Below are positions 21,291 through 31,466 of a stretch of 64,000 bases of DNA, one piece after another (position 1 is the stretch's first letter; the number at the start of each line of letters is the position of its first letter). A program made the position numbers and the translations under genes. This DNA is from Chloroflexota bacterium. Its GTDB lineage: Bacteria > Chloroflexota > UBA11872 > VXOZ01. Location: NCBI GenBank assembly GCA_964291655.2, contig OZ219801.1, forward strand, positions 704,001 to 768,000, read 5' to 3'. The notes under the pieces are model-generated. The model did no database searches and was not told the DNA's origin. It saw only the letters and a list, made by a program, of their open reading frames with translations.

Positions 21291-22547
21291 ATGTCTGATT
21301 CTCCTAATGGCGGTGTCGGCATCGTGCTGTTGGCCGCGGGGGAATCGCAGCGGATGGCGGCCTCGTCAAAGTCGTCATTGCCGAAAGCGCTGTTGTCCTG
21401 GTTCCGCAGACCGCTGATCCAGTACCAGCTTGAGCAAATTGCAGCGGTCGCCCCGGCGCACGTCGTTGTCGTTACCGGGTTTCATGCCGAGCGCTTGGCG
21501 CCCTACGTTGACACTGTGGCAGGCATCCATGTTGTGAAAAACCCGAATCCGGAGCGGGGCAGAGCTTCCTCCATTGTGCACGGAGTGCGGGCACTGCCCG
21601 AAACTCTATCTGCCATCGCAGTAATCAACGTAGACCAGCCTTGTGCTGCGCCAATTCTCACAAAACTCATTGCCGCAAGGACCACAGGCAACCATCTCAT
21701 TGCGATCCCGCGGTATCAGGGCGTGCGAGGACATCCTCCACTCTTCGCCAACGCTTTGCGCAGTGAATTGCTGCAGGTTCACGAGAATTCCCAGGGCCTG
21801 AAAGCGGTCACCCGGTCCCATCGCGCAGCAACGGCGTATGTAAACATCGATGATCCCAGCGTGGTGTGGAATCTCAATACACCGGCTGACTATCATCAAG
21901 CGCAGCAACAGCACATACTGCTTGCTACAACGAATAGCGCCAAGACCGAGCACCTCGCATGGCTGCTCGAAGGTGTGCCGCTTCGGCGGGTTACGTTGGT
22001 AGAGGCGGGACTACAAAGTGAGTCGCCCCCTTCGGAAGACCAACCAACACTACAAGCAATTGCCGAAAGCAAAGCGATTGCGTGGTCGCGGTCATTTGGC
22101 GGATTGGCGCTCGCATCAGATGGCGGCATTTCTATACCAGCATTAGGCGACTCTTGGGAAGAGCGCTTAACGGCCCGATTTGCTGGCAGCCAAGCCACAG
22201 ACAAGCAGCGCGTTGAAGCGCTGTTGGCACTGCTTCGACCCTACCGCTCAGAGGAACGGCTCGCGTACTTTCGTGAGTGCGTAGCGCTTGCGAACAACGG
22301 AACCCTCTTGCAGTCGTGGAGCGCCGAGAGTGCGCCCGGCTTGATCGCCGAGACCTATCGCCCGGACCAGCTCGTCTCCGGTTTTTGGCTGCTGACACTG
22401 TGGTGTGATCCGCAAACAGGCAAGCGTCTCGGCGCATTCTCGCCTGACGACCCTGCGAACCCGGACGGCGCTTGGGCGCGCGTAAAGCCCGGCGTGCAGC
22501 AGTTCGTACAGGGGTACCTAGAGCGGTATTTCAGTCAGGCAACGTAA
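21291..22547 (+). CDS. Fusion of a MocA/YgfJ-like NTP transferase and a Ham1/ITPase-like domain
   Basis: N-half LLAAGESQRM, PKALL, VDQP, RGHPPLF, NLNTPADY; C-half LLATTNSAK, E...AESKA, ASDGGISIPALG, TARFAG. Confidence 0.75.
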   Translation: MSDSPNGGVGIVLLAAGESQRMAASSKSSLPKALLSWFRRPLIQYQLEQIAAVAPAHVVVVTGFHAERLAPYVDTVAGIHVVKNPNPERGRASSIVHGVRALPETLSAIAVINVDQPCAAPILTKLIAARTTGNHLIAIPRYQGVRGHPPLFANALRSELLQVHENSQGLKAVTRSHRAATAYVNIDDPSVVWNLNTPADYHQAQQQHILLATTNSAKTEHLAWLLEGVPLRRVTLVEAGLQSESPPSEDQPTLQAIAESKAIAWSRSFGGLALASDGGISIPALGDSWEERLTARFAGSQATDKQRVEALLALLRPYRSEERLAYFRECVALANNGTLLQSWSAESAPGLIAETYRPDQLVSGFWLLTLWCDPQTGKRLGAFSPDDPANPDGAWARVKPGVQQFVQGYLERYFSQAT

Positions 22548-23616
22548 GCGTTGCTTCGGATTGCTTGTCCCGGTCTCCTTCTATTACCACCAACCCATCG
22601 CGTTCCAGGTCCTGTGCCAGTTTCCACAACCAGGCTGCCGATGGATTCGCCAAGTCATCGCAGAGAACGTGGCTCACAATTGCAGCGAAGTTGAGCGTGC
22701 CGCCCGGCATGCTGTCGCGCAGCGCAGCGACGATGCGTCCCCGATAGAATCGCCGCGAACCCGCAAATGTTCCCTGGCTCTTTGGGCGCAGAGAAGGTAG
22801 ATCATAGAAATCTGCCGTCCGCCGCGCCTGGCACCACATGGCGAGAGGACAGTGCGGGCAGTCCGGCTTGCGCGACGTGCAGACCGTCGAACCAAGGTCC
22901 ATGAGCGCCTGGTTCCAGCGCGCAGATAGTCTCTTGGGTACGAGGCTATCCGCCAAGGCTTGAAGCTGCCGCTCCGTTGGACCTGCGACTCCAAGTAACT
23001 CCTGGAGATCGCCGCGCAAGACTCTGCCCAGCACGCGCCGCACATTGGTATCCACTACCGCTACCTGTGTGTTGTCTAGAAAGCTTAGCAGCGCTCGTGC
23101 GGTATACGGCCCGATACCGGGCAGACGCAAGAGCGACTGCAAACACATGGGGAATTTGCCGCCATGCTCCTGAACGACAGCCTGCGCCGCGCGATGAAGA
23201 TGCACGGCGCGGCGGTTGTAGCCAAGTCCAGCCCACAGGCGAATGACTTCTGCCGTCGGTGCAGCCGCTAGCCGTCGAATGGTCGGGAATCGTTCGATGA
23301 AGACTAAATACTTCGGGATAACGCGCTCGACCTGGGTCTGTTGCAACATCATTTCAGCCAGGAATTTGCGGTACGGACTCTTCGTTTGTCGCCAGGGCAG
23401 TTCCCTGCGATTAAGGCGGTACCAGCCTAACAACGCGTCCTGGAAGCGCCGCACGTCTTCAGCCCGCGTCAACTGCAGCGTGCCGTCGATTGCCACCGAG
23501 CAAAACTCGCCCCTGTCGTGCATTCTTTCACGTTTGGTTAGCATGCGCCGAATGAATTCTTCTCTTGTATAGGTACATTCACGTGCGGAGACTAACTCGC
23601 CGTCACCGCTCCTCAA
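22531..23616 (-). CDS. mutY: A/G-specific adenine glycosylase (start codon uncertain)
   Basis: RELPWR, EMMLQQTQV, WAGLGYNRRA, LPGIGPYTA HhH, VDTNVRRV, C-X6-C-X2-C-X5-C Fe-S motif. Confidence 0.9.
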   Translation of the reverse strand: MRSGDGELVSARECTYTREEFIRRMLTKRERMHDRGEFCSVAIDGTLQLTRAEDVRRFQDALLGWYRLNRRELPWRQTKSPYRKFLAEMMLQQTQVERVIPKYLVFIERFPTIRRLAAAPTAEVIRLWAGLGYNRRAVHLHRAAQAVVQEHGGKFPMCLQSLLRLPGIGPYTARALLSFLDNTQVAVVDTNVRRVLGRVLRGDLQELLGVAGPTERQLQALADSLVPKRLSARWNQALMDLGSTVCTSRKPDCPHCPLAMWCQARRTADFYDLPSLRPKSQGTFAGSRRFYRGRIVAALRDSMPGGTLNFAAIVSHVLCDDLANPSAAWLWKLAQDLERDGLVVIEGDRDKQSEATLTLPD

Positions 23617-23663
23617 TTAGCCCTCTATGGATCTGATGAGCTGGCGGTTCATTAGGAACGAGT

Positions 23664-24560
23664 ATGCCACAGGCGCTCTACGAAGAAGTGCAATGCAAGA
23701 CTGCGCTCACGCGCGTACGAGGCATGGCTTTCGGCTGGAGTCTCAATCCCTACCGGGGATGTACCCACGGCTGCCACTACTGCTTCGCTCGCAGCACACA
23801 CTTTTTCTATGATCTCAATGCTGATGAAGAATTTTCTTCAATAGTCTTCGTTAAGGCGAATTTAGCGGATGTGCTGCGCCTGGAACTCTCCGCACCAAGC
23901 TGGCGGCGTCACCGCGTCGTCATCGGTACGGCTACTGATCCGTACCAGCCGATCGAAGGCAAGTACCGGTTGACTCACGACTCATTGGAAGCCTTCCTCG
24001 CCTTCCGCACGCCGGTGTCCATCATTACTAAGTCCTCGCTAGTAGTCCGTGACGCGGATATTCTCGCTGAATTAGCGAAGAGACTGGGGTGTACGGTGAA
24101 CTTCAGCATTACGACACTAGAGCGAAATCTTTGGAGACAACTTGAACCTGGCACGGCGCCGCCGGAACAGCGACTGCGTGCAATGCGGCGGCTTGCTGAC
24201 CTCGGTGTGCACGCGGGCGTTCTGCTTGCCCCCATCATTCCGGGACTAACGGCGACAAAAGAGAACCTGGAGTCCGTTGCCCGCGCGGCCGCAGAACACA
24301 ACGCCTGCTTTCTGGTAGCGAACGTGCTCAACCTAGGTGTCGGCGTCAAGGAACACTTCTTGCAGTATCTTCGGACCGAACACCCGGGGCTCCTCGGCAC
24401 CTATCGACAGCTCTTTCCCGGTCGCTATGCGGCTGATCGCTATGCCGAACCGCTATACGATTATGTCACCCTACTGCAACAGCGCTACGCCCTAGACAAG
24501 CGAGAACTCACCCACTCTCCAAGACCGGAACCTGAGCAGTTACCCCTCGGCATAATGTAA
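23664..24560 (+). CDS. Radical SAM protein, Rv2578c/SplB-like DNA-repair-associated family
   Basis: LNPYRGCTHGCHYCFAR, GTATDPYQPIE, ITKS, LEPGTAPP..RL, APIIPGL. Confidence 0.88.
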   Translation: MPQALYEEVQCKTALTRVRGMAFGWSLNPYRGCTHGCHYCFARSTHFFYDLNADEEFSSIVFVKANLADVLRLELSAPSWRRHRVVIGTATDPYQPIEGKYRLTHDSLEAFLAFRTPVSIITKSSLVVRDADILAELAKRLGCTVNFSITTLERNLWRQLEPGTAPPEQRLRAMRRLADLGVHAGVLLAPIIPGLTATKENLESVARAAAEHNACFLVANVLNLGVGVKEHFLQYLRTEHPGLLGTYRQLFPGRYAADRYAEPLYDYVTLLQQRYALDKRELTHSPRPEPEQLPLGIM

Positions 24561-24833
24561 GCTCTTCGCGATTGTCGATCGCGCTCGACTAGTCAAGTGT
24601 TGCGTTCTGGAGTAGCAATTGTCGGTTTAGAGTCTAAGAGTCTTGTGCACGCAAACATCCTTCGCCGGCCTTGCTCTTTTATCTGAAAACCCAGTGAAAC
24701 CTGCACCGGGGCTAGAGCTGGTGAATTCGGTATCGGATAGTCGTCAATCCTAATAATGACAACTCGGCACACACGGCGCCATCTAGGTCCATGATTTGTA
24801 TGCAAACAGGTTACGCAGTTTGGAGGCGCTAAC

Positions 24834-25055
24834 ATGAGCTAGCATGGCAATCTTGACAATCACGCAAGCCAACTGAATCCGAACAACGACGCCTACAAGG
24901 TTGAGCGCGCGTGGCTCGACCATCTAAACGGTTGGGAACATCAGCTAGAAGACGAATTCACACGTTTGGATGCAGATGAAGTAAGCAATTGGAGGAGCCT
25001 CAGCAGCTATCGAGGGCCAATCAAAGCTTGTACCACTTGGCCGGAACTGATATAA
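24834..25055 (+). pseudogene. Small QLNPNNDAY-motif protein frame with TAG at codon 3
   Basis: GGAGG RBS, then ATG AGC TAG, then open HGNLDNHASQLNPNNDAYK... to TAA 25053-25055. Confidence 0.45.
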
Positions 25056-25160
25056 TTCTTCTATCCTGCCCTTGATACTCTTGTTCCCTCATACGTTCGA
25101 TCTGAGACCTTTGATTCCTGTTTTCCGTCCCTCACCCAATGATGAAAGAAGCATCCAGCC

Positions 25161-26123
25161 TTGAAAGGTCGAGACCTCCTTACCCTCGCTGACCTCTCAG
25201 CGTCTGAAATCCACCAGATACTTGACACCGCAAAGTCTCTGAAGTCTGCCAAGAATGCCCAGGCGGACCCGGTACCCGCAGCCGACGATCGGCCGCTCGC
25301 CGGACGTACGCTCGCCATGATTTTTGAAAAACCCTCCCTGCGCACACGCGCCACCTTTGCCATTGGCATGCAGCAGCTGGGTGGACAAGTAGTGGACCTG
25401 GCCGCCGAGCACCTGCAAATGGGCGTGCGCGAAACCGTTCCGGACGTGGCGCAGAATCTTGAACGCTGGGTAGACGTCATCATGGCACGCGTATTCACGC
25501 ATGCGACTCTGCAAGAGCTGGCAGAGCATGCCAGCATTCCCATCATCAACGGTCTCTCCGATTACACACACCCCTGCCAGATACTGGCTGATGTCCTCAC
25601 GATGCAGGAGCACAAGGGAGAACTCTCCACACGCAAAATTGCCTACGTCGGCGACGGCTACAACGTAGCCAACTCCCTACTCTTTGGCGCCGGCAAACTT
25701 GGCTATCATCTTGCGGTCGGATGCCCGGAGGGCTATTTGCCTCCAGACGACATCATTGCGCGAGCTCACGGCCTTGCCAAAGAATCGGGCGCGACGCTGC
25801 AACTCTGTTCTGATCCGATAGCTGCGGTAAGAGACGCTGACGTAGTCTACACAGATTCCTGGGTGAGCATGGGATTGGAGGCGGAGGCAGCCGAGCGCGA
25901 ACGCGTCTTTCCACCGTATCAGGTGAATTCAGATCTGCTTAGCTATGCAAAATCAGATGCAATTGTAATGCACTGCCTTCCAGCGCACCGCGGCATGGAA
26001 ATCACAGATGAAGTGATGGACGGGCCCCAATCGGTGGTGTTCGATCAGGCAGAGAATCGGCTCCACGCCCAGAAGGCGGTGTTACTGGAGCTCTTAGTCG
26101 GTGGAGTCCCTCAGTCTCACTGA
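25161..26123 (+). CDS. argF: Ornithine carbamoyltransferase
   Basis: FEKPSLRTR, INGLSD..HPCQ, DSWVSMG, HCLPA, DQAENRLH. Confidence 0.92.
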   Translation: MKGRDLLTLADLSASEIHQILDTAKSLKSAKNAQADPVPAADDRPLAGRTLAMIFEKPSLRTRATFAIGMQQLGGQVVDLAAEHLQMGVRETVPDVAQNLERWVDVIMARVFTHATLQELAEHASIPIINGLSDYTHPCQILADVLTMQEHKGELSTRKIAYVGDGYNVANSLLFGAGKLGYHLAVGCPEGYLPPDDIIARAHGLAKESGATLQLCSDPIAAVRDADVVYTDSWVSMGLEAEAAERERVFPPYQVNSDLLSYAKSDAIVMHCLPAHRGMEITDEVMDGPQSVVFDQAENRLHAQKAVLLELLVGGVPQSH

Positions 26124-26209
26124 ATGCCGTCTCCAGGCACCGCGGCCGACACTACTCCCAAGGGGCAGAGGGATCACACAAGATAGAGGCCCAGTCTTAG
26201 AGGTGACGC

Positions 26210-27067
26210 GTGGTAGAAGACCTTCTTTGGCTCCAATCTCGCTTAGACATTAGTGCGGCGTTCGACATCCTTCTCGTCGCCGTCATCATTCACATCGTCT
26301 TTACGATCGTTCGCGGGACAATCGCGGACCAGTTGGTGCGCGGAATCGTCGTTCTGCTCGTCATTGCCTTCATCATAGGCAATATCCTACAACTGCTGGT
26401 ATTCGATTGGCTCTTGCGAAGCATGTTATCCGCACTTGTCATAGCGATTCCCATCATTTTTCAGCCGGAGCTCCGCCGATTCTTGGAGCGTGTCGGTCGA
26501 CGAGGCACCCACCCGCTCGCTCGCTACATTCCCATTAGTGAAGACGTCTCCACCGCCCTTGACGTGCTGTCTCGCGTAGCCGGCCGGCTCTCTGAGAAGC
26601 GCTGGGGCGGCCTCATCGCGATCGAACGCGAAACCGGCTTGGAGGACCTGGTCGAGACAGGCCACCGCATCGAAGGCGAGGTAAGTGAAGATCTTTTGTT
26701 GACGATTTTCTATCCGAATTCGGCACTGCACGACAAAGCCGTCATCATTCGCGGCGATCGCATCGTGGCAGCATCTTGCATGCTGCCTCTCTCGGAGAAC
26801 GTACCGCAGGGAGAAGGTCTAGGAACACGCCATGCAGCAGCTATTGGCGTAAGCGAAGTGACCGACGCCATTGCCATTGCCATCTCGGAAGAGAGCGGCG
26901 TAATATCGGTGGCCCACGGCGGCACGCTCCAGCGGAATTTAAATGAGGAAAAGCTGCAAACATACCTCCAAGGTCTCTTTCGCGAGGAGCGAAGTGCGAC
27001 GACACTGCCATGGCTGCCGTTCCGCTCCCTGTCGCGAAGCCAAGGCGAGCGCAAAGTCCTAAAGTAA
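26210..27067 (+). CDS. cdaA: Diadenylate cyclase CdaA/DacA
   Basis: 3 N-terminal TM helices, FQPELRR, LHDKAV (DGA-motif variant), GTRHAAA (RHR-motif variant), SEESG. Confidence 0.88.
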   Translation: MVEDLLWLQSRLDISAAFDILLVAVIIHIVFTIVRGTIADQLVRGIVVLLVIAFIIGNILQLLVFDWLLRSMLSALVIAIPIIFQPELRRFLERVGRRGTHPLARYIPISEDVSTALDVLSRVAGRLSEKRWGGLIAIERETGLEDLVETGHRIEGEVSEDLLLTIFYPNSALHDKAVIIRGDRIVAASCMLPLSENVPQGEGLGTRHAAAIGVSEVTDAIAIAISEESGVISVAHGGTLQRNLNEEKLQTYLQGLFREERSATTLPWLPFRSLSRSQGERKVLK

Positions 27068-27076
27068 CCATTACGC

Positions 27077-28420
27077 ATGACCAGAATACGTTCTCTCTTG
27101 CCCCTCCTAGTTCGCTTCACTACCCACACTCTAGGTGTGCGGTTTCTGCTTGCCTTGGCGATCTCAATTACATTGTGGATCTTGTTTACCGGAGAGCAGA
27201 ATCCCGTGCGTGAGGGCTTCTTTAGCGCGGAGATCCCAGTTGAAACAAGCCGCCTAGGCGATGGCTTGGTAGTGAGTCGTACCGCACCGAGCACGGTACG
27301 CTTGCGCATAGCAGCCCCGCGTGACATTTGGGAGTCCCTGACGGCAGACAAGTTCAGCGCCGTGGTGGATCTCTTTGCGGTTGGTGTCGGCCTGCACGAG
27401 ATACCTATCGAAGTTGCTAGTTCTGACGGACGCATTAGCATCATCGCAACTGACCCGGAGACCATAACGGTTTCATTAGAGGAGCGAAGAGAAAAAGAGG
27501 TGCCGGTGCGCGTAGACCTCGTGGGTGACCCACCGGAAGGCTACAGATTCCAACTCCCAGAGTTGCTGCCAGACCTCGTTAGCATAATAGGACCATCCTC
27601 TCGAGTGGACTTAGTCGAAGCGGTTTGGGTCAGTGTGGAGATGGATGAAGTGCGCAGTACCGTCAATCTCACAAAGCGAGCAATACCGCGCGACGCCCAA
27701 GGAGAAGTCGTGACCGGAGTGCAGCTTGATCCGCCTGTGGTGCAGGTTACGGTACCGGTAGAGCTAGCAATAACAAACAAAGACGTCCCCGTTCGTGTCA
27801 ACATTGTGGGCCAGCCTGCGCCAGGCTACTTGCTCTCACGCTATCTCACCACACCGGCCACGGCGACACTCATCGGCTCGCCTGAGGCGCTTAGTGGCCT
27901 GCTCTATCTGTCAACCGAGACCATTCGCGTCGAGGGAGCCACAGGAACGGTTACACAAACAGTTGAGTTGGTGCAACCGCCGGGTGTAGAAGTCGCAGGC
28001 TCCAATGAGGTAGTGGTCACCATATTTGTTGTGCCTATTGTGGCAAGCGTGCAGACCCAGGTCGCCGTAACCGCCTTGAATCTGCAGCCAGGTTTGGAAA
28101 TAGAGGTGTTCCCTCCCACTGCGTCGGTAACGCTCGGGGGTCTGGCGCCATTGCTCCGAGAACTCCAGCCCGGCAGCGTGATCGTTTCTTTGAACCTCAG
28201 TGGTTTGGGCCCCGGTTCCTACGCGTTGTCGCCTGATACGAACGCGCCCACCGATGTGAAGGTTGAGCGTATCAGTCCGTCGCAATTCATCGTGGTTGTG
28301 CGTGACCAGACGACGTCTGCGCCCACGCCGGCACCCGCAACAGCTCCAACTCCGACGGAAGAGCCGCCACCCGCCACGCCGACACCGGCCCCTGATGCGT
28401 CCGCCACTTTGCGCCGCTGA
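27077..28420 (+). CDS. cdaR: CdaR/YbbR-like cyclase regulator with repeated YbbR domains and a Pro/Thr tail
   Basis: Directly after cdaA; N-terminal TM (LALAISITLW); repeated P..V.V.G beta modules. Confidence 0.85.
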   Translation: MTRIRSLLPLLVRFTTHTLGVRFLLALAISITLWILFTGEQNPVREGFFSAEIPVETSRLGDGLVVSRTAPSTVRLRIAAPRDIWESLTADKFSAVVDLFAVGVGLHEIPIEVASSDGRISIIATDPETITVSLEERREKEVPVRVDLVGDPPEGYRFQLPELLPDLVSIIGPSSRVDLVEAVWVSVEMDEVRSTVNLTKRAIPRDAQGEVVTGVQLDPPVVQVTVPVELAITNKDVPVRVNIVGQPAPGYLLSRYLTTPATATLIGSPEALSGLLYLSTETIRVEGATGTVTQTVELVQPPGVEVAGSNEVVVTIFVVPIVASVQTQVAVTALNLQPGLEIEVFPPTASVTLGGLAPLLRELQPGSVIVSLNLSGLGPGSYALSPDTNAPTDVKVERISPSQFIVVVRDQTTSAPTPAPATAPTPTEEPPPATPTPAPDASATLRR

Positions 28421-28717
28421 CGTTGGGATGCTGGCCCATACTGCGCATCACGATGCGCGGATTCATCACAAGACAGAGCGCTTGTCACACGTCCCGACTC
28501 GTCTTTCTCTCTTGGTCGTTTCCTGCTCTAGGGCAGCTTATCGTCTCCACTTCGAGGCTTGAATCCCTCGGGCCATCTTTGGGTGAGTGCCGCAGGATGC
28601 TATACTGAACGGACGCTTGGAGTGAGGCAAGACGGTTGTTTATTGCGCCCCTCCTTGTATGGTTTTCCATGGCTTGCCCTGCCTGAACTACGTACCTTAG
28701 AGAGATTAGCCGACATC

Positions 28718-30193
28718 GTGGTCAAGTGGTCGTACACGCCCCGCGTGCAAATTGTCGGGCGGGCGGCAAGAAGCCCTGAAGCTATCACGGCCGGCATGGC
28801 GCGCATTAGTCGTGACCCGACGCCTGTGCCCCAACTCATCAAAGAAGCGCGCGACAACACAGCCATGGCGCGTCAGCGCAACCAGCGAGTTGTGTACGAA
28901 TACGGGCACAATAGCGTCGCGGAACATGGGTGTTTCAGCGCCGCCATTTGGGACATCCCTCGTCTGCTTTCGCTGGAAATTGTGCAGCACCGGCTGGCGG
29001 CCTACACGCAGCACAGCGGACGGTATATCCCCTTTGAGGAAGTGCCGCGCCAATTCTATTTGCCTAGGGAATACCGTCGCGGCAAGTCGCGGCGCCTCAT
29101 CGAACAGGCAGTTGCCCAGAGCTACACAGCCTATCGCAAGCTTTACGCCGGCTGCACCGCCTATCTTCTGGAAAAGTATCCACGCATGCGCGCTTCCTCG
29201 GCTGAACGCCGTGCCACGGAGGACGCGCGATACGTATTGCCGCTGGCGCAGACCACCCAAGTGGGGGTAACGACGAACGCGCGTGAATTCGCCCTTATGA
29301 TTACGCGGCTGCTCTCATCACCGCTCCCTGAATTCCGTGAAACCGGTGAAAAGCTCTTTGCCAGTCTCCATCCGATTGCACCTTCGCTCTTTCCGGAAGA
29401 GTATGTCCGTGCACTGCCTTACCCTCAGAGTGGACGTGATGCCATTCGGAAAACGGCGGCGGAACTTGGCATTGCCGCGGCGCCGAATGTCGGCAATTCT
29501 CCCATGGCCGACCGGCCCGTACAATCGACAGCCAATGACCCGGTGCGGCTCGTGCGCTATGATCCGGACGGTGAGCGGCACGTAGCCGCCGCGCTGTTGT
29601 TTCACAGTTCGCAAACGACTCTTGCCGATGCGCAGCAGGCGATAGCACGCCTTGATGCCGACCAAGTGGGCCAATTCATCCGGTCTGCCTACCGCGGACT
29701 GCACGCCCACGACACCGTGCTCCGCGAATTCGAATTCCTTCGCTACCAGTTTGAATTGGTGATGTCGGAAGCCGCGTATCACCAGTTCATTCGCCACCGG
29801 ATGAAGACTGAGATCTCTCAGTCCCACAGCCCCACGCATGGGCGCACGCTTCCGCCGCTTATTCGGAATGCCGGCTTTGCAGACGAGTACAATCGCACGC
29901 TCGATCTCTTGGAAGAGACGTACCACGCTCTTGGCGCCGACAAGCGTGCTGAAATCGTACTTGCCAACGGGCACAACCTCCGCATCCTGGCAGACCTCAA
30001 CGCGCGCGAAGTCGTGGAAATATCCCGTATTCGCAGCGACCGCCACGCGCAGTGGGACATTCGCAACATCTCCGATGCGATTGCCGCCGCCGTGTCGCGC
30101 GTTCATCCGCACGTGGGATTGGCTTGCGGCGGGCGTGACTCATTCAAGGACGGTACTGCCGCCGTACTGCCGGATACTTCCATCTTGACGTAG
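28718..30193 (+). CDS. thyX: FAD-dependent thymidylate synthase, tandem two-domain form (start uncertain; frame open from 28559)
   Basis: GHNSVAEH, QHRLAAYTQHSGRY, EDARYVLP, NARE in half 1; RHRMKTEISQS, NARE, HAQWDIR in half 2. Confidence 0.85.
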   Translation: MVKWSYTPRVQIVGRAARSPEAITAGMARISRDPTPVPQLIKEARDNTAMARQRNQRVVYEYGHNSVAEHGCFSAAIWDIPRLLSLEIVQHRLAAYTQHSGRYIPFEEVPRQFYLPREYRRGKSRRLIEQAVAQSYTAYRKLYAGCTAYLLEKYPRMRASSAERRATEDARYVLPLAQTTQVGVTTNAREFALMITRLLSSPLPEFRETGEKLFASLHPIAPSLFPEEYVRALPYPQSGRDAIRKTAAELGIAAAPNVGNSPMADRPVQSTANDPVRLVRYDPDGERHVAAALLFHSSQTTLADAQQAIARLDADQVGQFIRSAYRGLHAHDTVLREFEFLRYQFELVMSEAAYHQFIRHRMKTEISQSHSPTHGRTLPPLIRNAGFADEYNRTLDLLEETYHALGADKRAEIVLANGHNLRILADLNAREVVEISRIRSDRHAQWDIRNISDAIAAAVSRVHPHVGLACGGRDSFKDGTAAVLPDTSILT

Positions 30194-30380
30194 GCGTTGC
30201 ACCAACCTCGAAGTCAGCGTGCCCGCTTTCAAGCTTGAAGGCTAACCGGCCTTCTCCGCGCGCTCTTCGTTCCTTCCAATTGGGCTTCACTACGGAAATT
30301 GCCTATAATGGAGATTGCTGAATTTAACTTACACGATAGAATAATCGGAATCCCACAGATCAAGGAGTGGGTGCATTACC

Positions 30381-31466
30381 ATGGCTAGGCGAACGAAGAC
30401 TTCTGAAGAAAACGGCGTGGAGGGACGAACCCAGGCCCTGCAGGCTGCGATCAGCCAGATTGAGCGCCGTTACGGCAAGGGCTCGATCATGCGCATGGGC
30501 GAAGAAGCAGGAGTGCCTGTTGCTGTCGTTCCTACCGGCTCGCTTTCGCTGGACCTGGCGTTGGGAGTAGGCGGTTTGCCCCGGGGCCGCGTCGTCGAGA
30601 TTTACGGCAACGAGGGCAGCGGCAAGACTACCCTGGCCCAGCACGTCGTAGCTGAAGCGCAGAAGCTCGGTGGCACTGCTGCGTTTGTGGATGCCGAGCA
30701 CGCGTTCGACCCCACCTATGCCGCTAAGTGCGGCGTTGGCATTGAAGAGCTACTCGTCTCCCAGCCGGACAATGGCGAACAAGCCTTGGAAATCGCCGAG
30801 ATGCTGGTGCGCAGCAATGCCGTCGATGTAATAGTGGTCGACTCTGTAGCGGCCCTGGTACCGAAAGCCGAAATAGAAGGCGAAATGGGCGACGCCCACA
30901 TGGGCTTGCAGGCGCGGCTGATGTCCCAGGCGCTCCGCAAGCTTACAGCTGCTATCAGCCGTTCGCGCACAGTGGTCATCTTCATCAATCAAGTGCGCGA
31001 GAAAATCGGCGTGATGTTCGGCAACCCGGAGACCACGCCGGGAGGGCGCGCGCTCCGCTTCTACTCGTCGGTGCGCGTAGACGTTCGTCGTGTTGACTAC
31101 GTGAAGAGCGGGCAGGAGCAGGTAGGCATCCGCGTGCGCGCCAAGGTCGTGAAAAATAAGGTGGCGCCGCCGTTCCGAACGTGCGAATTCGACATTCTGT
31201 TCGACGAAGGGATTTCCAAGCTGGGCGATCTCATCGACCTCTCGACCGAGTATGGCATCGTCCGCAAGGCAGGGGCGCACTACTCGCATGGTGACACGCG
31301 CCTCGGCCTCGGACGTGAAAACGTCCGCAATTTCCTCAAGGAAAATACCGACATCGCAGAAGCAATTGAACTGGCAGTGCGCACCCAAGCACAGGCAACC
31401 CTCGACGACACTCCCGTAGAAGAGGTTGTCGAGGCGATGGCAGACACCGAGACAGCAGCGCAATGA
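30381..31466 (+). CDS. recA: Recombinase A
   Basis: [55 protein letters not shown]. Confidence 0.99.
   Translation: MARRTKTSEENGVEGRTQALQAAISQIERRYGKGSIMRMGEEAGVPVAVVPTGSLSLDLALGVGGLPRGRVVEIYGNEGSGKTTLAQHVVAEAQKLGGTAAFVDAEHAFDPTYAAKCGVGIEELLVSQPDNGEQALEIAEMLVRSNAVDVIVVDSVAALVPKAEIEGEMGDAHMGLQARLMSQALRKLTAAISRSRTVVIFINQVREKIGVMFGNPETTPGGRALRFYSSVRVDVRRVDYVKSGQEQVGIRVRAKVVKNKVAPPFRTCEFDILFDEGISKLGDLIDLSTEYGIVRKAGAHYSHGDTRLGLGRENVRNFLKENTDIAEAIELAVRTQAQATLDDTPVEEVVEAMADTETAAQ

Noticed and set aside
25161-26123. N-acetyl/succinyl-ornithine transcarbamylase because of SLRT
   Set aside because: The DxxxSMG ornithine loop and HCLPA are intact, as in ordinary OTCase
30194-30380. SOS box upstream of recA
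   Set aside because: No GAAC-N4-GTTC match found by eye
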